This document shows, piece after piece, positions 28,921-38,734 of a stretch of DNA of 64,000 bases; position 1 is the first letter of the stretch, and each line of letters opens with the position of its first letter. The stretch lies in contig OZ244799.1 of assembly GCA_965219955.1 (NCBI GenBank), positions 3,904,001 to 3,968,000 on the forward strand, given 5' to 3'. A program made the position numbers and the translations under genes. Source of the stretch: a bacterium. Lineage in GTDB: Bacteria > UBA8248. The notes under the pieces are model-generated. The model searched no databases. It had not been told where the DNA came from and saw nothing but the letters and a program-made list of their open reading frames with translations.

Positions 28921-29837
28921 TCGATAGCGGCGAGGGATTTCGCCGCCCAGTCGCAGCCCACCTGGCTCGCCCACAAGTCCATGAGGCGTTTGGTGACGGG
29001 ACCGGGAGCGCCGTGCGTCATCGGGGTTCCGTCGATGGAGGATACCGGGAGGATGCAGATGCTGTTCCCGGTGTGGAAGGCCTCGTCCGCAATCAGCAGG
29101 TCGTAGCGCGTCAAGTTGGTTTCGCGAACCGGGATGCCGAGTTCTTTCGCCATATCGATGACGTGGGTGCGCGTGACGCCGACCAGACAGTTGTAATCCG
29201 TAGGGGTGAGGATTTCGCCGTCTCTCACGAAAAAGCAGTTGTAGCTCGACCCCTCGGCCACGAAGCCGTTGATGTCGAGCATGATGGGCCAGGCGCCCGC
29301 CTCGGCGGCCTGGAAGTCGGCCTGCACGTGGTTCATCTTGTTGCCGACCTTGGCGCGCGGCTCGATGCACTCGGGTGGAATGCGGCGCACGCCGGTGACG
29401 ACCGAGGGTACGCCCTCTCTGTAGCCGTGGGCGTAGCGCGTATAGTCCATCGGCAGGGTGAAGATGACCACCGTGTGCGCCCCGTGGGTGTGGGTGGCTG
29501 CGGAACTGACGCCGCCGCCGCGCGTCACCCAGTGGTTGATGCGGAATTCCTCCCCCTCGGCGTAAACGCCCCGGTTCCGCTCGATGAGGTCCATCGTGAG
29601 GGCTTCCATCTCGTCCGCGTCCATGCCGGGGTCGAGTCGCGCGTAGCGGCACGAAAGATAGAGCCTGTCGATGTGCCCCCTCAGGTGCCATGGCTTGCCG
29701 CCGAAGGTGCGCGATGCGTCGTACACGCCGTCGCCGTAGAGGAAGCCGCGATCCAGAATGGACACGGTCGCTTCCGATTCCGGCACGAACCGGCCCTTGA
29801 CGTAGGCGATTCTCTCACTCAATTCCACATCCTCCAT
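28911..29837 (-). CDS. Class IV PLP aminotransferase (BCAT/D-amino acid aminotransferase-like)
   Basis: DRGFLYGDGVY, AKVGN (PLP Lys), EGSSYN, LVGVTR. Confidence 0.93.
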   Translation of the reverse strand: MEDVELSERIAYVKGRFVPESEATVSILDRGFLYGDGVYDASRTFGGKPWHLRGHIDRLYLSCRYARLDPGMDADEMEALTMDLIERNRGVYAEGEEFRINHWVTRGGGVSSAATHTHGAHTVVIFTLPMDYTRYAHGYREGVPSVVTGVRRIPPECIEPRAKVGNKMNHVQADFQAAEAGAWPIMLDINGFVAEGSSYNCFFVRDGEILTPTDYNCLVGVTRTHVIDMAKELGIPVRETNLTRYDLLIADEAFHTGNSICILPVSSIDGTPMTHGAPGPVTKRLMDLWASQVGCDWAAKSLAAIEDC

Positions 29838-29869
29838 ATATTCGCGTAATCGTCTCGCTCACGAGTCAT

Positions 29870-31009
29870 CTATAGCAGGCCCATCGCGGCGGAGCGCGCG
29901 GCATGGCTCATGCCAAACCCGTGGGAAAAAGCCACGAGGTCGCGCGTCAGCCGCTCCATCGGCGCTTCGGTCATATAGCCGGCGCCACCCCACACCTCCA
30001 TCGAACGCCGCGCGACACGCTCGCAAGATTCCGTAGCGAAGGCTTTTGCGAGAAAACTCCGCCAGGGTTCCGCGTTCCCGCCTCGTTCCGCCGCCCAGGC
30101 CGCCGCCTGGAGGCTTCTTCGGGCGGCATCGAGTTCCATAAGGTTATCACAAAGCATGTAGCCCACCGTCTGGTGCTCGATGATGGGTTTCCCCCCCTGC
30201 ACCCGCTCGCGCGCGTGGTCGAGCGCGTGCTCATGCGATTTTCTCGACGTTCCGACCGCAGCCGCCGCCGGGAGGATGCGGGTGGCGTGCGTAGCGTTCC
30301 TCCACTCCTCTTCCGCGCAATCGAGCGGGTGGTCGAGCGGCACGTCGTCGAAGCGCAGATCGACGTCCTGGGAGGCGCGCATCCCCATCAAATCATGGTA
30401 ATGGGCGACTTCGATCCCTCCTCCCTCGCGGTTTTCCAGGAGAAAAACCCGCAGCCCGCTTTCATCCGTGGGACTTGATTCCAGCAGATACATACCCGCG
30501 GCCGCGCCGTTCAGCACGTGTCTTGCGCTGCCGTCGAGACGCAGGACGTCGCCGTTTTTTTCGATGGATGCACCTTGGGGCGCGTCCGACGCATAGGGCA
30601 TTTTGTCTTCGGGGGGAGGCGTCTCGCTGATTTTCACGTGAGCCAGATGGGGCGGGTGATCTTGCGTGAAATTCGCCGCGAATGCCGACTCGTCCCACAA
30701 ACGGGATACGGCGTTTATGAGCGCCCAATCCTGCGCGTAGATGACGCCGACGCCCAAATCTCCCCAGCCGAGCTCTTCCGCCACGAAGCAGAGGCCGAGC
30801 AGATCGGCGCCCCCTCCGCCCTGGGTTTCCGGGACGGGGAGGGTGCGCAGGCCCAGTGCGTCGCCTTTTTCCAGAATATCGGCGGGAAAGCGGTTTTCCG
30901 GATTTTTTTCCTGATCGAGCGCATCCGTGCGCGGAGCGATCTCCTGACGCGAGAAACCGCGCGCCAAACCTTGAAGCGCGATAATAGCTTCTGAGGGAGC
31001 GAAATCCAT
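29870..31009 (-). CDS. Divergent acyl-CoA dehydrogenase family protein
   Basis: WGDLGV, RVQGGKPIIEHQ, WGGAGYMTEAPMERLTRD; TEP and NGxK motifs degenerate. Confidence 0.82.
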   Translation of the reverse strand: MDFAPSEAIIALQGLARGFSRQEIAPRTDALDQEKNPENRFPADILEKGDALGLRTLPVPETQGGGGADLLGLCFVAEELGWGDLGVGVIYAQDWALINAVSRLWDESAFAANFTQDHPPHLAHVKISETPPPEDKMPYASDAPQGASIEKNGDVLRLDGSARHVLNGAAAGMYLLESSPTDESGLRVFLLENREGGGIEVAHYHDLMGMRASQDVDLRFDDVPLDHPLDCAEEEWRNATHATRILPAAAAVGTSRKSHEHALDHARERVQGGKPIIEHQTVGYMLCDNLMELDAARRSLQAAAWAAERGGNAEPWRSFLAKAFATESCERVARRSMEVWGGAGYMTEAPMERLTRDLVAFSHGFGMSHAARSAAMGLL

Positions 31010-31044
31010 GCGTCGAACCCTTGTGAACGCGGGAGCGGCCCGGG

Positions 31045-32013
31045 CTAGTCGATGAGGCCCACGCTCTTCAAGTCCGAGGTCAGCTCCGCTTTCTCGTCCG
31101 TGCTCAGGGGGATCATCGGCGCGCGCGAGGGGCCGCCGTGCATGCCCATCAGGTCCATCCAGTCCTTGAGCGCGGCGATGGGGAACGCGCCCCGCGCCCA
31201 GGGCTCCCACAGCCATTTGTCGGCCACGCGGCGAATCGGGTTCATGGACTCGCGCGCGGTCCAGGCTTCCTCGAGGTTCCCCTCGTCGATCAGGTCGGTG
31301 TATTTCTGCATGCACAGATTGCCGGTGCGCTGCAAGAGGAACGGGTCGGGGCCGCTCATGTAGGTCTGCTGCTTGTGATAGGCGCGGTTGAAGAACCACT
31401 GGGTCTCCATCGGGTCGCTCACGACGATGTCCTCGCCGACGGCTTCGCGCACCTCGTCGCAGTGATACTTGGGCTGCGCGTTCTTGATGCAGCAGAGGTT
31501 CTCGTTGTCGTCGACGATCTGGCGAACCAGCGTCGGCGAGAGGGAATAGCCCGCTCCCGCCGTGTTGAACAGGGACACGCCGATATCCACGTTGCTGCAG
31601 AATTCCTTGAAAAACGCGCGGACGCGCTCGGGAATACCCTGCGCGCCGAGGTAGGGGTTCGCGAGAATCGCGTAGGTCGCGCCCGCCTCAATCGCCGCGT
31701 TGGTGAGTTCGATGGCTTCCTTGGCCGAGGTGTGGCCGGTGTGCGCGATGATGGGCACTTCCCCCGCTTCGTCGCAGGCGATCGCTTGGCCGCGCAGGCG
31801 CTCTTCTTTCGTCAGGCACCAGAACTCGCCGATCATCCCGCCGACGAAAAACCCCTTGATGTCGAGGTCGTCGATGTAATGGCGGATGTCGGCCCGCAGG
31901 CCCGCCTCGTCGATGTTGTCGTTCTCATCGAAGGGGTAGGGGATGGCGGCCCAGATTCCCTGCATGTTCTCCCTGCAGTAGGCGCGTGAGTCCGATTTCT
32001 TGTATGGGGGCAT
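31045..32013 (-). CDS. DHDPS/NAL-family protein
   Basis: IDEAGLR, GMIGEFW, HTGH, IKNA (Lys); RBS GGAG before MPPYKK. Confidence 0.85.
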   Translation of the reverse strand: MPPYKKSDSRAYCRENMQGIWAAIPYPFDENDNIDEAGLRADIRHYIDDLDIKGFFVGGMIGEFWCLTKEERLRGQAIACDEAGEVPIIAHTGHTSAKEAIELTNAAIEAGATYAILANPYLGAQGIPERVRAFFKEFCSNVDIGVSLFNTAGAGYSLSPTLVRQIVDDNENLCCIKNAQPKYHCDEVREAVGEDIVVSDPMETQWFFNRAYHKQQTYMSGPDPFLLQRTGNLCMQKYTDLIDEGNLEEAWTARESMNPIRRVADKWLWEPWARGAFPIAALKDWMDLMGMHGGPSRAPMIPLSTDEKAELTSDLKSVGLID

Positions 32014-32065
32014 TGCAGTCTCCTTTTCCTTCTCGGGTGTAGACAAAAATGTCTTAAGTGTCAGT

Positions 32066-33244
32066 TTACCATTCATCCACGCCGGCGGGAGCGAGCAGCG
32101 GCGCGGCCTTGAGCTTGACCGCCTCGTTCGTGCCGAAGCCGTGCAGATAGCTCAGCACGTCGCGCCAGCACTTCTCGGGCGTCGGCCTGTCGTCGTGATA
32201 TGTTGCGCCCGTCCTCCCCCAGACCTCCATCGCGGTGCGGCAGACCTTGATGCCGGCTTCGGAGGCGAACACCTTGGACATCAGGCGGCGCTTCGAATCG
32301 TCCGTCGGTTTTTCCGCATGCCACGCCGCAGAATACAGGTAGGTTCGCGACGCTTCAATCAGCATATACATTTCCGTGAGCGCCATCTGCGCCCACTGCT
32401 CGTCCGCCGCACCGCTCTCCTGCGCCGCCGTCCGCGCGAGGTCGTAGGCCAGGCGCGAGGGGCCCATGACCGGAATGAGCGCGCCGCTCACCATGCGTTT
32501 CAGGATAGAGAGGCCCCCGTTCCACTCACCGAAGAGATTGTGCGCGGGCACCCGGCAGTTCCTGAGCACGAGTTCGCCGTTTTGGAGGAGCCGCCTGCCG
32601 AGTTTCGAGTGCGCCTCACCGATCTCGAAGCCCTCGGTGTCGCGCGGCACGAGGAAGCAGGTGAGTCCCTCGCTCATCTTCTTGTCCGGCGCGGTCCGCG
32701 CAAAGATGAAGTAATACTTGGCAAGGCCCCCGTTCGAGATATAGTGCTTCGTTCCGTTCAGGATATAGAAATCACCCTCCCGCTTCGCCGTCATGCGGGG
32801 GCCGGCGCCCGGTTCGTCGTGCATCAGGAAGGTGTCGGTCCCGCTCTGGGGCTCCGTGGTGGCGAGGGCGAGTAAGGCTCTCGGGTCGTTCATGAAGTCT
32901 TCGAGGTACAAGTCGCGCTGGGTCTGCGTGGTCTCGACTGTGAGCAGTTGGGTGAATTTGTAGGTCTGATCCATCGAGACGGCGACGCCCAGGTCGCCGT
33001 ATGCGATCTCCTCGGCCACCATGGCCTGCACCAGATGGCGCGCGCCGAAGCCGCCGAACTTCCCGGGCACGGTGAGCGTTCTGAGTCCTGCGGCGTCCAG
33101 TTTATCCGCGATGTGCCAGGGGTAGGCCTCGCCGGGCGCGTAGTTCCTGTCCCGCGCCGCGGCGATGGGGAGGATGTCCTCACGCGCAATCGTGCGCGCG
33201 CGGGCCACCATCTCTGATTCTTCGGGGCTTAAGTCCGGCATCAT
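32066..33244 (-). CDS. Acyl-CoA dehydrogenase family protein
   Basis: TTEPQSGTD, LNGTKHYISNGG, EKCWRD. Confidence 0.9.
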   Translation of the reverse strand: MMPDLSPEESEMVARARTIAREDILPIAAARDRNYAPGEAYPWHIADKLDAAGLRTLTVPGKFGGFGARHLVQAMVAEEIAYGDLGVAVSMDQTYKFTQLLTVETTQTQRDLYLEDFMNDPRALLALATTEPQSGTDTFLMHDEPGAGPRMTAKREGDFYILNGTKHYISNGGLAKYYFIFARTAPDKKMSEGLTCFLVPRDTEGFEIGEAHSKLGRRLLQNGELVLRNCRVPAHNLFGEWNGGLSILKRMVSGALIPVMGPSRLAYDLARTAAQESGAADEQWAQMALTEMYMLIEASRTYLYSAAWHAEKPTDDSKRRLMSKVFASEAGIKVCRTAMEVWGRTGATYHDDRPTPEKCWRDVLSYLHGFGTNEAVKLKAAPLLAPAGVDEW

Positions 33245-33408
33245 GGCGGAGAAGGCATCCTTCTGGAAGCGGGAAACGTCGACAGTGATTTGCCCGATCC
33301 CATAGGACTACTTGAGACGATATGTTCTGTCAATCATATTGGGGTATACAAGAGGGGCAAACCCGGATACCACAACGCTTTGCTGACCTGGGCGATTGGA
33401 ACGTGCGC

Positions 33409-34371
33409 ATGAGAATCGTGATACCGGATGACTACGAGGGCAACTTCACGGACTCGGCCCACCTCGCGCGCCTCGAGAAGCTGGGCGATGTGGCCCGTTT
33501 CACCGAGCGGCCAAGGGATGAAGAGGAGATGGCGGAACGCATCCGGGACGCGGACGTTATCCTCACCGTGCGCTACCAGACGGACTTCAAGAACACTACA
33601 TTGCTGAACGTAGCGCGAAACTTGAGTTTTATCTCCATCTGGGGTACTCGCCCCCGGGCGGTGGACATGAAGCGCGCGCGTGGGCGGGGCGTTTCCGTAT
33701 CCGTGACGCCGGGCGCGGGGAGCCCCTCGGTGGCCGAGCACACGATGATGATGGTCCTCGCTCTGGCGAAGCGGCTCCCCTGTCAGGGGCCCGCCATGCG
33801 GACGGGGGCATGGGAGCGCGTCCGGGGCGTGGAGCTTCTCGGCAAGACGCTCTCCGTCATCGGCTTCGGGCACATCGGGAGCAAGGTCGTCCCCATGGCG
33901 CGGGGGTTCGGGATGGAGGTGCTCGCCTGGTCGAAGCACATGACGCCGGAACGCGCAGCCAAAGAAGGAGCGCGCGCGGCATCGCTCGAAGCGTGTATGC
34001 AAGCCGATTTCGTGACGATCCAGCTTCACGTAACGCCGGAGACCAAGGGAATCATCTCGCGTGAGCGAATCGCGGGGATGAAGCCCACGGCGTTCTTGAT
34101 CAACACCTCGCGCGCGGCGCTTGTGGATATGGACGCCCTGCTCGAAGCGCTGCGGGAAAAGAGGATCGCTGGCGCGGGTCTCGACGTGTTCGAGCCCGAA
34201 GAACCCTTGCCGGAGGATTCGCCATTCCGCTTGATCGACAACGTCATCCTCACCCCCCACGTCGCCGCGCATACCGAGGGAGCGGTAGAGCGTGAGGCGC
34301 GCATCGCGGTGGACAACGTGGAGGCCTTTGTCCGGGGGGAACCGCAGAACCTGGTGTTCGAGGACGCTTGA
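33409..34371 (+). CDS. D-2-hydroxyacid dehydrogenase family protein
   Basis: VAEH, GFGHIG, LINTSRA, LDVFEPEEP, TPHVA. Confidence 0.92.
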   Translation: MRIVIPDDYEGNFTDSAHLARLEKLGDVARFTERPRDEEEMAERIRDADVILTVRYQTDFKNTTLLNVARNLSFISIWGTRPRAVDMKRARGRGVSVSVTPGAGSPSVAEHTMMMVLALAKRLPCQGPAMRTGAWERVRGVELLGKTLSVIGFGHIGSKVVPMARGFGMEVLAWSKHMTPERAAKEGARAASLEACMQADFVTIQLHVTPETKGIISRERIAGMKPTAFLINTSRAALVDMDALLEALREKRIAGAGLDVFEPEEPLPEDSPFRLIDNVILTPHVAAHTEGAVEREARIAVDNVEAFVRGEPQNLVFEDA

Positions 34372-34554
34372 GGCGCAGTTTTTCATCCGTAGTGGACAAC
34401 CCCTCCTCGGGGTTGTCCTGCCCTCCGTGGTTGTCCTTTTCAGGTGTCGGACAGGCACGGAGGCCTGTCCCTACGGGCGCATTCCCTCCCTTGTCGGGGC
34501 TGTTGAAAAAGCCCGATTAACGAGGATTTGACTCGTCCAATGAAAGAGCAAGAT

Positions 34555-34739
34555 TCACTCCCCCCTTGAGGGTCTGGCTTCCCGAGGGGAAAGCCAGACG
34601 ATGAAGCCGAGCGTTTTGTGCGAAGGCTGAATCGGTGGGGGGTGAATCGCGTTTATTGCCATTCCGAATTATACCCCCCACCGAATCGCTTGCGGGCTTA
34701 CGCCCTTAGCTCTTCGACTCCCCCTCAAGGGGGGAGTGA
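34555..34739 (-). mobile_element. MITE-like element A, copy 3 (inside bracket 34496-34775)
   Basis: Same TIRs and interior as 5557-5742, reverse orientation. Confidence 0.8.
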
Positions 34740-34927
34740 TTTGGCCCGACCCGCAAGGATTTTTTCAACAACCCCCTTGTCGGTCGGAAAGGACAATCAG
34801 GGGAGGCGTGAGAAAAACCCGGGCAGGGAAAGGAAGTTGCCAACTAAAGTATATAATTCCCATAATTCATCGTATTTCATGAGGGGGCCACGTGGCTTCA
34901 CTCCTTTATCCAAAAAGAGGAAAACAA

Positions 34928-35647
34928 ATGACGTATCGAATCGAGAAGGCGCAGGTCCAGGGAAGCGAGATGGAGATTTTCCTGTATGAGCCCGAGGGCG
35001 CAGGGCCGCATCCGGGCCTCGTGCTCTGCCAGCACATACCGGGCCACGGGGGGATCGAGGGCGACCCCTTCACGCTTAAAGCAGCGGAGCGCTACCGGGA
35101 GAACGGCTACGCGGTGTCGGTTCCGTTTCTCTACCACTGGTGGTCGAAGAGTGACGATATGCAGATAAAGCGCGATGAGTTCAACGACGCGCAGACGGCG
35201 CTCGATCTCAAAGCCGGCTTCGACGCCCTCGCGGCGCTTGCGAGCGTGGACGCGGGCCGGATCGGCATCGTCGGCCACTGCTGGGGCGGGCGCGTGAGCT
35301 GGCTGGGCGCGTGCACGGATTCGCGCTACGCCGCGTGCGCGGTCTTCTACGGCGGCGGCGTGAAGGAGGTGCGTGGCGCGGGAAACCCACCCGCCATCGA
35401 GTTGACCGGCGACATCGCGTGCCCGGTCATCGGCATCTTCGGCAACGAGGATCAGAACCCCTCGCCCGAAGACGTGGACGACTACGAGGCGGCGCTCAAG
35501 GACGCGGGCGCCGAATACGTCTTCCACCGCTACGACGGCGCGGGCCACGCCTTTCAGTGGGAGGACAACCCCGAGCGCTTCCGCGCCGAGCAGAGCGAGG
35601 ATTCATGGGAGAAGACGCTCGCCTTTTTCGGCGAGAAGCTGGGGTAG
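34928..35647 (+). CDS. Dienelactone hydrolase family protein
   Basis: GHCWGG nucleophile, GNED, YDGAGHAF; GAGG RBS. Confidence 0.92.
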   Translation: MTYRIEKAQVQGSEMEIFLYEPEGAGPHPGLVLCQHIPGHGGIEGDPFTLKAAERYRENGYAVSVPFLYHWWSKSDDMQIKRDEFNDAQTALDLKAGFDALAALASVDAGRIGIVGHCWGGRVSWLGACTDSRYAACAVFYGGGVKEVRGAGNPPAIELTGDIACPVIGIFGNEDQNPSPEDVDDYEAALKDAGAEYVFHRYDGAGHAFQWEDNPERFRAEQSEDSWEKTLAFFGEKLG

Positions 35648-35682
35648 GGGGGATCTCTAAGGTGGTTACGCCGCAACGATTC

Positions 35683-36414
35683 TCAAGCCGCATGAACCTT
35701 TTGCAGGACCGGCTCGATATCGGCCATGACGAATAGCCGTGGATAGACCGAACGACCGCCCAGCCTGAACACGCGTGCGTCTATGTTCCCGTGCTCAATC
35801 CACCCTCGCACCGTTTGGGCTTGCAATCGGTTGACATAGCCGAGTCGGGCGTCATTTTCTCGGGCTATTTCTATTGCATCAGAATCATGCTCGTTTGTCG
35901 GATCGCGCCGGAAGATTACCGGCTCATCTACAGCGAGATCTGGTGCACCATTTCGGTAATGCCGGTAACCCGAGACGTCGAAGACGTAGCGGAATGGCCG
36001 GTCGAATCCCTCGAAAGTCTCGGTGACGCCGAAACTGTCACCGGTCAAGCGCGCGCCCGTATAGGCCAGCAGGCTGAGGTCGGAGAAATCGGCTTGTGGC
36101 GAGAGGCCGAATGTCTCGATGAAATCGTCGAAATCGGGCCGACCCCGGGGCGGCAGTCGTCGGGCCAGCACGTCGATCGCGGTATCCGCCCCGTGCGCCT
36201 CGCCCAGCGCCAGGCCGGGATAGCCGCTGAATCCGGTTTCAAGAGCCGGTGAGAGGCTTTCCTCACCCAGATACGAGAACGCCACGCCTCCCTCGCATTG
36301 CAACAACCCGGCGACGGCGAACCTGTCGCGGGAACCAGGCTGTTCCAGGGGACGCTGCCACGTCAGCAACGCCCGGCGCGTCTGTATGGGGTCGGTGATC
36401 ATGTCCGTCATCAT
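35683..36414 (-). CDS. HipS-like N-terminus plus HIRAN domain protein
   Basis: RRLPPRGRPDF region; C-terminal RDPTNEHDSDAI...LGYV HIRAN pattern. Confidence 0.75.
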   Translation of the reverse strand: MMTDMITDPIQTRRALLTWQRPLEQPGSRDRFAVAGLLQCEGGVAFSYLGEESLSPALETGFSGYPGLALGEAHGADTAIDVLARRLPPRGRPDFDDFIETFGLSPQADFSDLSLLAYTGARLTGDSFGVTETFEGFDRPFRYVFDVSGYRHYRNGAPDLAVDEPVIFRRDPTNEHDSDAIEIARENDARLGYVNRLQAQTVRGWIEHGNIDARVFRLGGRSVYPRLFVMADIEPVLQKVHAA

Positions 36415-37358
36415 TTCGTCTCGCGGAGGATGTTCTTGATGCGTTGCATACCAATTTCCAGAATAGCATAAATGTGCTCCGCCCTTCTATCCGTTAGCGC
36501 ATAGGGTTTCCGCAATTCGACGCGTGCGACGATCTCGTGAGCCAGTTTCTTCACGGCCTCCAGGTCGATACTCGCTACCTGTTCAAAGACAGCGCGGCCC
36601 TCAGGGTAGTTTTCCAGCAGTTTTCGGCACAGAGGCTCGAAGTGGGCTCCATGCCTCATTGGCTCTTCGAGTCGAACGTGATGCCTTCCTGATTTCCTGA
36701 ACCGGTTCATCCGGTCTGGTTTAAGGCGTCCGTCTTCCCCGAAGTATCGATCAAGACCTACGGGGTCCAATCCGCATCCCATGCTCGACCCGTGGTCATA
36801 GAGCGCCGCCATTCTGGCCCCATACGGAGATTTAATGATGGCCCAATTCTCGGCATGGCGGTCCGTGTTGGATATCAGCGTATCCAGTGCAAGCGCCCGT
36901 GACCAGAACTCCATGAAATCGGTCCGTTCGATTCCGTAGCGCGGGGCGATCAAGTCGGCGTGGGTCTGGAGGATCAGTGGGAAGGTGTGGTGCTGTCCCT
37001 TGTCCACGTCGAATTCAGGGTCAACCTCTTTACATAGTTGCCAACCTTCGATGAAGTCTTCTGGAACGTCGGGTTGGTAGATGTAGCGGAGCAGATTTCC
37101 CGGTTGGCCGTTTCGGACGCCCAAGGCAACATGCTGGACGTCCCAACCCAAAAGGTCTCCTGCGATGAACGACGCGAAAAGCTCCGACCATATTTGATGC
37201 TCGCGCTGAATTTTGGGCCATTTGAAGATAAAGTATTGGTTATCGCTTTTACGGTTCAGGGTCAGCTTGGCTCGTGAACCGGTCGGACGTTCCTCAGCAA
37301 CACTCCAGTCGTCCAACTCATATTCGACATCCAGGGAAATGTGCGTGAAGTCGCTCAC
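36411..37358 (-). CDS. HipA-like Ser/Thr kinase (kinase core only)
   Basis: GSRAK loop, FIFK, SE, LDTLISNTDRHAENW catalytic loop, LYDHGSS; ATGA overlap with the HIRAN gene. Confidence 0.85.
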   Translation of the reverse strand: MSDFTHISLDVEYELDDWSVAEERPTGSRAKLTLNRKSDNQYFIFKWPKIQREHQIWSELFASFIAGDLLGWDVQHVALGVRNGQPGNLLRYIYQPDVPEDFIEGWQLCKEVDPEFDVDKGQHHTFPLILQTHADLIAPRYGIERTDFMEFWSRALALDTLISNTDRHAENWAIIKSPYGARMAALYDHGSSMGCGLDPVGLDRYFGEDGRLKPDRMNRFRKSGRHHVRLEEPMRHGAHFEPLCRKLLENYPEGRAVFEQVASIDLEAVKKLAHEIVARVELRKPYALTDRRAEHIYAILEIGMQRIKNILRETK

Positions 37359-37411
37359 TCAATTATCTCACTCATTATTGCTGCGTACGAATGGTACTTG
37401 AAAGCTCCCCC

Positions 37412-38734
37412 CTAAAAATCGGACTCCAGTATCCACACACCCGCACCCAGGCGTTCGCTGATGTAGGCCCTGCCGTCCGCGGCCATGTAGACGTCGTCCA
37501 CCTGGACCTGCAGGAGTTCGTAGTCTTTCCCCCACAGGGGGCGGATGGGGTCGCGTTTGGGCGTTTCGGGCACGTAGTGGGCGACTTCTCTGGGATTCAG
37601 CGGGTCTTCGATGTCGAAGACGCGAAGCCCACCGTTGAACCACGTCATGTAGACTCGGGTTTTATCGATGAGCGAATCCGGGCGGTTCTCGTGCAGGTTA
37701 TGCGGGCCGGATCGTCCGCCGCGCTCGGCGTAATCGCCCTCGGGGTGCGGGAAGGTGGAGAGCACTTTCGGGTTTTTCTCATCGGATATGTCCATCACGC
37801 GGATTTGTTTTTCGATGTCTTCCATGTCCTCCGCCGTGCATTCATCCGAAACGATGCAGATGTTTCTGTCCAAAAGGGGCAGCACGGAGTGCGTGGCCGA
37901 ACTCTCCTCGGGCGGCCACTGGGTGTGGCTGATGAGGGCGGGGTTCGTGATGTCGGTGATGTCGAGGATGATGAAGCCAGAATCCCACCACGCGCCGTAG
38001 CACCTGTCGCCCACGTTCATGGACATGTGCACGCAGGCGCGTTTTTTCTTCATCCCCTCGGGCACTTCGCCGCCCAGGAGGATGTATTCGCCCTTGCGGT
38101 TTTTCTTGAAGCGGAACTGGCCCATCTGGTACCAGTCGCGCTCCTCGTCGTTCCGCATGCCCGGCATCGCCCAGCGGCCGACCTCTTTGGGGCGGGTGGG
38201 GTCTTTCAGGTCGATGATCTTCAGGAACTGATCGATGTATTCGTCGTCCCCGGCCGTCAGGAAGGCGTAGCGGCCGTCGCCGAACCAGAACCGGTGCACC
38301 CCGCGCCCGCCCGTGTGGAAATACCCCAGCGGGCGGAGTTCGGGCAGGTTCGAGACGTCGTAGATGTCGATGCCCGCCTTGAAGGGCTCGAAATCGGGGC
38401 CGCGTCCGCCGAACTGCTCGTTGTTGACGACCATGATGTCGCCCACGATCTGGAGCTTGTTGTTGTGCGTGTTGCGCGGGGCGGGAATCTGGTTCACGAG
38501 CCTGGGCTTCCGGGGGTTCGAGGCGTCGATGACGCTCGTGCCCACGCCCGACATGCCCACGTGGCCGCAGAGCACGAAGTCGTCCTTCACGAGAAGCTGC
38601 ATGACGTCGCCCTTGTTGCGGCCGCCGAAATCGCAGTGGCCTAATAGTTTGAAGCCGTTCGCTTCCTCGGGGGTGATCTCCTTGCCCGGTTTTCCGCGTC
38701 CCGGCGGAAGGGCCGGGTCCGGCGTGCATTCCAT
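37412..38734 (-). CDS. LVIVD-repeat beta-propeller protein
   Basis: Repeated VIDASNP, IYDVSN, IIDLKDPTRP, ILDITDITNP, VFDIEDPLNP; GPHN. Confidence 0.85.
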   Translation of the reverse strand: MECTPDPALPPGRGKPGKEITPEEANGFKLLGHCDFGGRNKGDVMQLLVKDDFVLCGHVGMSGVGTSVIDASNPRKPRLVNQIPAPRNTHNNKLQIVGDIMVVNNEQFGGRGPDFEPFKAGIDIYDVSNLPELRPLGYFHTGGRGVHRFWFGDGRYAFLTAGDDEYIDQFLKIIDLKDPTRPKEVGRWAMPGMRNDEERDWYQMGQFRFKKNRKGEYILLGGEVPEGMKKKRACVHMSMNVGDRCYGAWWDSGFIILDITDITNPALISHTQWPPEESSATHSVLPLLDRNICIVSDECTAEDMEDIEKQIRVMDISDEKNPKVLSTFPHPEGDYAERGGRSGPHNLHENRPDSLIDKTRVYMTWFNGGLRVFDIEDPLNPREVAHYVPETPKRDPIRPLWGKDYELLQVQVDDVYMAADGRAYISERLGAGVWILESDF

